A stretch of DNA of 64,000 bases from a virus (Duplodnaviria; Caudoviricetes), in the IMG/VR virus record IMGVR_UViG_3300033066_001054; one strand, given 5' to 3'. The position numbers were made by a program, and so were the translations under genes. The notes under the pieces are model-generated. The model saw only the letters and a program-made list of their open reading frames with translations, searched no databases and had not been told where the DNA came from. This document shows, one piece after another, positions 57,028 to 64,000 of the stretch (position 1 is the stretch's first letter; every line of letters begins with the position of its first letter).

Positions 57028-58023
57028 ATGAAAGTTAATAAGAGCAACTATTGGTCGTATCACGAGGCTCAAAAATGGGTGGTTGACCACAAAATCAAAT
57101 CCAAAAGACAACTGAGCACATATATGAAAGCGCATGGTCGTCCAGGGCAATTTCCTGCTAGACCAGATACATTTTATAATGAATGGGATTCCTGGGGCGA
57201 GTTTCTGCAGACACATACAATTTCTTCTCATAGTTATACAAACTATGAAGAATGCAGGTTATTTGCGCAAACACTGAATATGAAATCCAAAATTGACTGG
57301 GAGAGATTTGTGAAGTCGGGTCAAAAACCAAAAAACATTCCAAGTGAACCGAGGTTGGCATATCTTGGCAAAGGGTGGGTGTCTTGGTCTGATTTCTTAG
57401 GGTATAGAAGAGGTGCTTCTTATGGCGAAGTGATTATATCTAGAATTTTAAGCGATTCAAAGATAGAACACAGGCATCAGTTTTCAATAAGTGAATGTGT
57501 AGATAAGGCGGTACTCAAATTTGACTTTGCAATTATTCAAAATGATTTTGTCTTGGGGTTAATAGAGTTTCACGGGCAGCAACATTATTTTCCAGTAGAA
57601 CATTGGGGTGGTTTGGCATACTTACTAGAGACACAGAAGAAAGATTTGATAAAGTATGAATATTGTCAAAAAATGAACATTCCGCTATTGATTATCAAAT
57701 ACGATGAAATACAAAACGCAGATAAAGCACTCGTGCTCTTCTTTGAAAACAACATACCCGATATCAATATTGTAGTCAAAGATGACTACTGCCTAAATGT
57801 CAAGGCTTATGAACCATGGATTTCCTATGATGAATGTAAAAAAATAGCGCAGTCATTAAGTATCAAAAGCGGTCTAGCATGGAGAAAGTGGTGCTCGAAC
57901 AATCCAGATGTTAATGCACCTAAATATCCAGACCAAACATATTCTAATGTGGGATGGAAAAATTGGTTTGATTTCTTGGGCAAATCACGCATTTCCCTTC
58001 CAAACGTATCTGAAGAATCTTGA
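57028..58023 (+). CDS. Homing-type endonuclease (W-rich repeats plus Vsr/DUF559-like PD-(D/E)XK domain)
   Basis: SYGE..I, FDF, IEFHGQQHY, D..K..YC...IPLL.I; three P..P..Y..W..W..FL repeats; AT-rich and opposite strand to its neighbours. Confidence 0.75.
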   Translation: MKVNKSNYWSYHEAQKWVVDHKIKSKRQLSTYMKAHGRPGQFPARPDTFYNEWDSWGEFLQTHTISSHSYTNYEECRLFAQTLNMKSKIDWERFVKSGQKPKNIPSEPRLAYLGKGWVSWSDFLGYRRGASYGEVIISRILSDSKIEHRHQFSISECVDKAVLKFDFAIIQNDFVLGLIEFHGQQHYFPVEHWGGLAYLLETQKKDLIKYEYCQKMNIPLLIIKYDEIQNADKALVLFFENNIPDINIVVKDDYCLNVKAYEPWISYDECKKIAQSLSIKSGLAWRKWCSNNPDVNAPKYPDQTYSNVGWKNWFDFLGKSRISLPNVSEES

Positions 58024-59043
58024 GCGACCACCTGGAAGGTAGTACTCTGGTGTAACGACTGTTCGTAGGCTTGGGTATCTGGCTTTAGGCAGCGTCTTCA
58101 AGATTGAATCCCAGTCGGTTTTGTACATATCTGCAATCGTTTTAAGATTGTCAAACCATGGGTCGTCTGCTCCAGGTTCATGCACTAGTAACCTGGTTTC
58201 TCTGTTGGTTAGCCTTAGCATCAACGAGCGTATCAGCCAATATGTTGCGCCAATAACAAGCGCGGCATCGTACCAATATGGAGCACCACCAACTGATGAG
58301 TATGCAGTGACACCAGGCAGTGCGTTGATTTGTTGAAGTGCCATATACAGCGCGTCATTCATTTCTCGACCAGAGAACATTCTGACGTAATATGTTGCGA
58401 GCACTGTGTCTGCGTAATCGACAGCTAGAGGTTCGTCATTGCCATCAATGAAATAGATGCGACCTTGGTAATCCAGTTTGTATTTCAGACCGCTTGGATA
58501 ATTGTCTGTGGTTCCAAATGTACGCAAGATACCCTCGTCTTCGCTCATAATCTCCATTGGGTCTCTTGCGCCGTCATTAGACAGGCTAGAAATTCGAATC
58601 ATAGGTCTGGGAGAGTAATTCCAGTTCGGGAATGATGAAAATGCAACTGTGCGATTTCGATTGAATGGCACTTCTTCATCTAAAACGCGCACACGAAGCA
58701 AGTCCCTGACCTGGTATGCCAATGATGCTTTGACGAGCAGCTCATCTCCGATAATTGGCTGACTTGTTCTCAATGTGAATCCGTCACCGTCAAGCTCTAC
58801 TATGCGATAGTAATATTCTGGTCGACCTGTTTCATCAATGTATTCATTGACTGGATAGTCGACTGTATCTACTATCTCAAACGGTCCATAGAAATTGGTC
58901 GCTCTTTCGATTTGATAGGTGGCGATAGATGCAGATGGTGCTGGGTATCTATCCCAGTTGAGATAAACGCCAGGACTATCTTGTGAACCATAGTAAACAA
59001 GAGGAACATCCTCGCTAAATGCATTCATATCATATCCAGGCAT
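57985..59043 (-). CDS. Putative neck/head-completion protein
   Basis: 352 aa; FN3-like N-terminus and a FS..E...AL..IN..P adaptor-like C-terminus. Confidence 0.5.
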   Translation of the reverse strand: MPGYDMNAFSEDVPLVYYGSQDSPGVYLNWDRYPAPSASIATYQIERATNFYGPFEIVDTVDYPVNEYIDETGRPEYYYRIVELDGDGFTLRTSQPIIGDELLVKASLAYQVRDLLRVRVLDEEVPFNRNRTVAFSSFPNWNYSPRPMIRISSLSNDGARDPMEIMSEDEGILRTFGTTDNYPSGLKYKLDYQGRIYFIDGNDEPLAVDYADTVLATYYVRMFSGREMNDALYMALQQINALPGVTAYSSVGGAPYWYDAALVIGATYWLIRSLMLRLTNRETRLLVHEPGADDPWFDNLKTIADMYKTDWDSILKTLPKARYPSLRTVVTPEYYLPGGRSRFFRYVWKGNA

Positions 59044-59058
59044 AACTTCTTTATACGA

Positions 59059-59085
59059 GAAAGGCCGGGGGTTTCCCGGCCTTTC
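59059..59085 (-). terminator. Terminator-like hairpin
   Basis: GAAAGGCCGGG/CCCGGCCTTTC. Confidence 0.6.
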
Positions 59086-59115
59086 AATTGGTTTTGTTGA
59101 ATTTTGTGCTAGTGG

Positions 59116-59967
59116 TTAGTCGCCGTCCAGCATCAAGTCAATTTCTTCGGCGTCTGGCAACAAGTCAATGTTGTCGTCGCCGGCTGGAATTTCGTAGTCA
59201 AAGCTATTGCTTCGAGTGTTTTGTCCGCCAGCAACATATTGGTCGCGCTGGAAATTGCTCATGTTGACCTGTGCGGTTCCACCAAAGCCTGTGCTTTCTG
59301 GAACGGTGGCAACTGTAGCCCTGCCACGACCGGTTACACCCGAAGTCTGTCCGAGTGCCTCTGGCACAAATCCAATCTGGTCAAGTAATCCCTGAAGGAA
59401 CCTTGGATTTTTTTCAATTTGAGCATTAAAGTCACGCGCATTGGCCTCTTGTCCACTAGCAGCGCACATTCGCGTATAGACCTGGAGTGCCATTGCATAT
59501 GTTTTGGGGTCATTGGCATCGCCGGCCAAGCTCATTGGTGCTCGATTGTTTGGACTTTCAGCATTGACGTTGATTGCCTCGGCGGCGACTCTTCGTCCAT
59601 TGGCATCAACACCCACCATGCGATTGCCGTGCATTTTCTGCGCGAGCTCCATTTGTTCAATCTGCTGCTCTTGTTGAAGAATGGCTTCATACTGAGACTG
59701 GCTGATACGAATTAACGAACCGCTGTTAAGTGCTTTGGCAAGGTCGTAGCTTTGTTTGACCAATTCAGACTTTTCCCAAAGAAGGTTCTTAGCCTCAAAT
59801 GGACCAAACGAAAGGTCGATGTCGGAAATGTGGTGAATGCCAGGGTACGGATTTTGGACATAAAATGTCTCTTGAACCTGCTCCGCTGCTTCAGCCTGAG
59901 GTGTTGTGCGAGCTGCTCGCGTATTGCTAGGCGACTTGGCCCGTGGGGTTGTGTTTTTGTTACTCAT
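59116..59967 (-). CDS. Hypothetical protein
   Basis: AAGGAG RBS before MSNKNTT (59967). Confidence 0.6.
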   Translation of the reverse strand: MSNKNTTPRAKSPSNTRAARTTPQAEAAEQVQETFYVQNPYPGIHHISDIDLSFGPFEAKNLLWEKSELVKQSYDLAKALNSGSLIRISQSQYEAILQQEQQIEQMELAQKMHGNRMVGVDANGRRVAAEAINVNAESPNNRAPMSLAGDANDPKTYAMALQVYTRMCAASGQEANARDFNAQIEKNPRFLQGLLDQIGFVPEALGQTSGVTGRGRATVATVPESTGFGGTAQVNMSNFQRDQYVAGGQNTRSNSFDYEIPAGDDNIDLLPDAEEIDLMLDGD

Positions 59968-60025
59968 TGTCTGCTCCTTTTTGTTTTTGTAGCATGCGCA
60001 TGTGCGCAATTTGTCTATTAGGAAA

Positions 60026-60382
60026 TCAAGCCTTGTTCACCTTTGGTTCGGCGGACAAAACATTCTTGAAAGATTCGTTTCCAGTCCAGAGTTCATTTGA
60101 AATGGCGTCCCTGGTGCCTGGTTCCGAATTCTTTTTGCGCTCATATCGCTGTTCGCGAGCATAGTGCGAGAATTCCTTTCGATACTTGGTTGTGCCAGAA
60201 GTTTTCTCTTTTGCAGTCATGCCATGATGCATAGGTGGAGCTGTCCAAACACGCGAAGCTGGATATTGTCCACAAGGACTTTTCATCTCAGCAACTAAAT
60301 CTTGCCTGTCAGCTTCAACCCATTGCTCAAAGTAATGAGTCTGGCCATCGTTGTCGACATATTCGAACTCGTAGTTCGGCAT
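60026..60382 (-). CDS. FmdB-like small protein (degenerate Zn ribbon)
   Basis: MPNYEFE..FE..PCG pattern. Confidence 0.55.
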   Translation of the reverse strand: MPNYEFEYVDNDGQTHYFEQWVEADRQDLVAEMKSPCGQYPASRVWTAPPMHHGMTAKEKTSGTTKYRKEFSHYAREQRYERKKNSEPGTRDAISNELWTGNESFKNVLSAEPKVNKA

Positions 60383-60419
60383 GCTTTACTTGTACAACAA
60401 ACATATCAAGGAGACACCA

Positions 60420-60632
60420 ATGCCAACAGTACAATCTTACAAGACAAACCCTTCGCACACCGAAAAGATGTTTTGCGTCAAATGCAGAACCACGGTCATC
60501 ATCACAGCACCAGAATTGGTTAAGCTGAAAAACAATCGCTACGCCCTTAGGGGTACGTGCCCGCATGCCGGAACAGTATGCTATAAGGTCATTTCTGAAG
60601 CAAGAGCAAAGCAATTAGTTCCCAGCATTTAG
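60420..60632 (+). CDS. DUF5679-like Zn-finger protein
   Basis: FCVKCR..KNNR.ALRGTCP; AAGGAG RBS. Confidence 0.7.
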   Translation: MPTVQSYKTNPSHTEKMFCVKCRTTVIITAPELVKLKNNRYALRGTCPHAGTVCYKVISEARAKQLVPSI

Positions 60633-60668
60633 TAGGGACAAGCCATTGCATCCAGTAAAGTAACCATA

Positions 60669-62981
60669 GTGAGCAATAATCCCAATATGCGGCAGAGAAG
60701 ATTTGCGCAAATAAGTCCAACAAATCTACCTAGCACCGCTATACAAGGTGCTAGTATGATTTTGGGCAATAACCCAGCATTAAATGCGGCAGGAACCGCA
60801 GTTAATGTTGCAAATGACGCACTTCAACCCGGTGATATGGGAGCACCAAAGACACTAGCTGGTGCTCGAGCAATGGGACCAATGTATTTGAACCTACAGT
60901 CTATGTACGCACTCGGTGCGCAATATGGCATGGGTGAAGAAGAAGTCAAAGCATTTAGCGACACGCTTTTGCACAATGGATTACAAATCCCAGAGCAATC
61001 TGAGCTTTTTAGCAAATTGCAAGATATGGTTCCGCAACTTGGTGGCAATTTCAGGGATGTTCTGTCAATCGTGATGCGCGTTGCGATTCAATCACGCGCC
61101 GCAGCGCCAGCAGATAAGGTTAATAGAATCTTGCAAGTTCTCAAAGAACTATCGCATGAATATCAACAAAACCCCAACTTCAATATTGTCAAAATGTTTG
61201 CAGATGCATCTCGAGGTGATATTCAAGCATTGCCAATTTTAAGCTGGATTGGTGCGTTCACCGCCGCAATGAAGCACGGAAGAAGCCTTAATGAATACTA
61301 CACAAAGATGAATGGTATTGTTACAGAGGTATTCTCGCCAGCACACAAGCGACTAACCATCGAAAACAAAAAAGCCGCGATGTTTGAGAAATGGCAAAGA
61401 ATGAAGTTCACCTTTGATGAGGCTGCTGCAAAACTTGCATGGGAAAAGGTATATGAACCTAATTTTGAGATGCTGAGCGAGATATACAACAGTTGGGCAA
61501 AAAACCCAGAAGAGGCATTTACATTCTTGGGACTTGATGGAATGGCCGCTGTTCAAATGTTAAGCAAAAACATTCTAATCTTTGGTGCAAAAATTTCAGT
61601 CTTCAACGATATGTTTGGCCTAAGCCGTTCAAGCCCAGACCTTCGACCGCAGGCAAGCACATACGTAAACCGTGAGGTTCTCGCACAAACACGACAAGAG
61701 GTTCGCAAAGAAGAAAACAAGTTTGAAGACTATAACGAGAATTCCAAGAAGGCGTTTGAAGGAGCAGGCGCTGCAGGTTCTGCTGCTGGTAACCAATATA
61801 TCAAACCAGGAACCACGCAAGAACAGGCTCAAAAAGACTCTTTTGGTGTTCAAAACAACGCTTTTCAAACCATGGTGCAGCTCAACGGCGGATTAGCAAT
61901 GCAGTTGCAACGCATGAACGAACTGGAGGCAAATCTTGGTCTTATGCAGAATCCTCCTGGCGGATGGATGTACAGAATCATTGAAAGCAATATGAAACCA
62001 TTGCAGGCCGCAATGGCCACCGAGAGTGGTATGAAAGTTGGCGGCGGTACAGGTGAATTAAGCCAAATCAATAATGTCACACTATTAACACCTCAGGTGA
62101 TTACGCAAACCGTTGCAAAATGCGGTGCGTTAATAGAGAGAACATTTGATGAAATTCAGGAATACGGGCGTATTCTTTCGTTGTTCGTTGACGAGTCTAA
62201 TAGATTACTGAACCCATCAACACACCAACAAGAAAAGGCTCAGCTCAGTTTAGCCATAAGACATTTTGATGCCAACTCAAAACTGCTTCAAACCGAGTTA
62301 GAGAAGTCAAAACAACAACTGGTGGACTACGCCACTGTTCTACCAACACTTGTTAGGGTTACTAGGCTCGAAGAGCAGATTTCGATGTTCGAAAATCTTG
62401 GTGCTCAAATTAAAGCCAACACAGGAAATGACTTTGTTGGCCAATTTGGCATGACTACATATCGCACAATGACCCAAGACGGACAATACAAAAACGTTGT
62501 TGGTCCTGCGCCTAGTCAGGCACTGATTGTGCTTTACATGCGCGTAGTCATGGAGTTCAGAAATGCTATTGCTAAAATCCAGAGCGTTCTTGGCACGGGT
62601 CAAATGGACAAATCAATCTCTAATGCACTGATTCAAAGACGCAAGCAGTTAGTATCTAAAATTGAGGGCGTTAAGGCTAAGTACACTCAGATTATAGCAG
62701 CTACGATGGGTAGTGTGGCTGGTGGTGCGCCAGCAAGCCTAGAGAAACAAGTAAGATTAACTGGTCGTATGGTAAACGAGCGGATAGCCAACGTTGAAGA
62801 ACAAGAGGCTGATAGAATTGCAGACGAAATCATCAGAAAGTACTTTGATGATTTGCTACCAGGATATGGCACAGTGCTTGAACATCCAGACAAACATAGA
62901 CATGAGACTGTAAAAGAAGTAGAGGAGCACACTCGAAAACACAAACACAAGTCTCATCGACATGAACCAAAAGACGACTAG
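60669..62981 (+). CDS. Large helical hypothetical protein (possible internal virion protein)
   Basis: 770 aa, His-rich C-terminus. Confidence 0.55.
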   Translation: MSNNPNMRQRRFAQISPTNLPSTAIQGASMILGNNPALNAAGTAVNVANDALQPGDMGAPKTLAGARAMGPMYLNLQSMYALGAQYGMGEEEVKAFSDTLLHNGLQIPEQSELFSKLQDMVPQLGGNFRDVLSIVMRVAIQSRAAAPADKVNRILQVLKELSHEYQQNPNFNIVKMFADASRGDIQALPILSWIGAFTAAMKHGRSLNEYYTKMNGIVTEVFSPAHKRLTIENKKAAMFEKWQRMKFTFDEAAAKLAWEKVYEPNFEMLSEIYNSWAKNPEEAFTFLGLDGMAAVQMLSKNILIFGAKISVFNDMFGLSRSSPDLRPQASTYVNREVLAQTRQEVRKEENKFEDYNENSKKAFEGAGAAGSAAGNQYIKPGTTQEQAQKDSFGVQNNAFQTMVQLNGGLAMQLQRMNELEANLGLMQNPPGGWMYRIIESNMKPLQAAMATESGMKVGGGTGELSQINNVTLLTPQVITQTVAKCGALIERTFDEIQEYGRILSLFVDESNRLLNPSTHQQEKAQLSLAIRHFDANSKLLQTELEKSKQQLVDYATVLPTLVRVTRLEEQISMFENLGAQIKANTGNDFVGQFGMTTYRTMTQDGQYKNVVGPAPSQALIVLYMRVVMEFRNAIAKIQSVLGTGQMDKSISNALIQRRKQLVSKIEGVKAKYTQIIAATMGSVAGGAPASLEKQVRLTGRMVNERIANVEEQEADRIADEIIRKYFDDLLPGYGTVLEHPDKHRHETVKEVEEHTRKHKHKSHRHEPKDD

Positions 62982-64000
62982 ATTCAACCAAGACGCATTT
63001 GTTGCGCACGATGCATTGCCTGGCGATGTCAGCCCTGCGTTATCAAACGACATCATTAGTCACGGTGTGCGTACTGATGCGCTTCATATTACGTCATATA
63101 CCGCAGGTGATACTTCTGGAAAACCCGATTCTGGATTACCCGAGGTCGCAGAGGCCAATACACCAAAACGGATTTCAAGAAAGTATATCCCTATTCAGTC
63201 TAATGGCGGCAAGGGTCAAGATGCTGTTTTCCCACAAAACAGTGACGAATCAGAATTCACTTGGAAACCCACCGGATTCCAGAATGACAATTTTATGTCT
63301 GTGAAGGATGCCAAGCCTGTAAATGCAGTCGCACCAGAAAAAGGCGGGCCGAGCAGGGATGTTATGGGCTTGCTAAAGCAGTTAGGACACTCTGACGCCG
63401 GCGATGTTGCTCCGCCAACACAGAATGTCACAAATCAAATCATTCAAGAAAAAGCCATTGTGGTCAATCTGTCGCCAACAAGTTTGACTAATGTTGAATT
63501 CAACAACCATATTTCAACCATTACCAATGACAATCAAACACACAATCATAACACCTACAGTATTAAATCTGATGTAGTTGTTTCGCCGGGCTCTATACTC
63601 ACCAATCGTACAAACAGGAACACAGAGCAGTCATCTTACACCAAGGTCAACACAGATAATTCGATAGATGCGAAAGGCTTGGATTCCAAACATACAGAAC
63701 CTCAGTCTTACACCAGAGATGGCAGTTCGATAGATGCGAAAGGCTTGGATTCCAAACATACAGAACCTCAGTCTTACACCAGAGATGGCAGTTCGATAGA
63801 TGCGAAAGGCTTGGATTCCAAACATACAGAACCTCAGTCTTACACCAGAGATGGCAGTTCGATAGATGCGAAAGGCTTGGATTCCAAACATACAGAACCT
63901 CAGTCTTACACCAGAGATGGCAGTTCGATAGATGCGAAAGGCTTGGATTCCAAACATACAGAACCTCAGTCTTACACCAGAGATGGCAGTTCGATAGATG
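62962..64000 (+). CDS. Partial low-complexity protein with 22-aa tandem repeats, open at the window end
   Basis: ATG 62962 (MNQKTTRF..) with no in-frame stop to 64000; absent from the ORF track. Confidence 0.7.
   Translation, partial: MNQKTTRFNQDAFVAHDALPGDVSPALSNDIISHGVRTDALHITSYTAGDTSGKPDSGLPEVAEANTPKRISRKYIPIQSNGGKGQDAVFPQNSDESEFTWKPTGFQNDNFMSVKDAKPVNAVAPEKGGPSRDVMGLLKQLGHSDAGDVAPPTQNVTNQIIQEKAIVVNLSPTSLTNVEFNNHISTITNDNQTHNHNTYSIKSDVVVSPGSILTNRTNRNTEQSSYTKVNTDNSIDAKGLDSKHTEPQSYTRDGSSIDAKGLDSKHTEPQSYTRDGSSIDAKGLDSKHTEPQSYTRDGSSIDAKGLDSKHTEPQSYTRDGSSIDAKGLDSKHTEPQSYTRDGSSID
63661..64000 (+). repeat. Perfect 66-bp tandem repeat, 5 full copies plus a partial copy
   Basis: Units start at 63661, 63727, 63793, 63859, 63925 and 63991; each encodes SIDAKGLDSKHTEPQSYTRDGS. 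Confidence 0.95.

Noticed and set aside
625-63957. Numerous short antisense or out-of-frame ORFs in the track (e.g. 1304-2059, 3565-4227, 39271-39954, 63631-63957)
   Set aside because: They are shadows of longer real genes or of the repeat, with no recognisable motifs.
63661-64000. CRISPR array
   Set aside because: Units are identical with no unique spacers, are a multiple of 3, lie in an open frame, and no cas genes are present.
1-64000. Stop-codon reassignment
   Set aside because: Long genes pack tightly in code 11 and TAA, TAG and TGA all end plausible genes.

Overview
This window looks like part of a large (jumbo-type) tailed bacteriophage genome read with the standard code; the host cannot be identified from this sequence. 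It holds a head module (probable scaffold, decoration protein, 286-aa major capsid protein), three tandem ~810-aa fibre-like paralogues, neck and tail genes, about ten glycosyltransferase-type genes, RusA, a DEDDh exonuclease, a Dps-like protein, three homing-type endonucleases and an RNA-repair neighbourhood (Rnl1-type RNA ligase, Ro60/Rsr, two Y RNAs). Two arrangements stand out. (1) Directly after the capsid gene, five overlapping mini-genes each encode a different, shuffled, diverged fragment of the major capsid protein fused to a shared C-terminal tag (approx. LxxYMRxW/Y). (2) A minus-strand tRNA operon contains only GUN-anticodon tRNAs in pairs (Asn x2, His x2, Tyr x2). It has a perfect TTGACA-17-TATAAT promoter and an Asn/His/Tyr-rich 37-aa leader peptide with terminator and antiterminator, and each tRNA pair is preceded by its own mini-ORF carrying the cognate codons (MEDNDNN, MDDHHH, MESDYNY). 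All calls come from manual reading and motif recognition; no searches were run.
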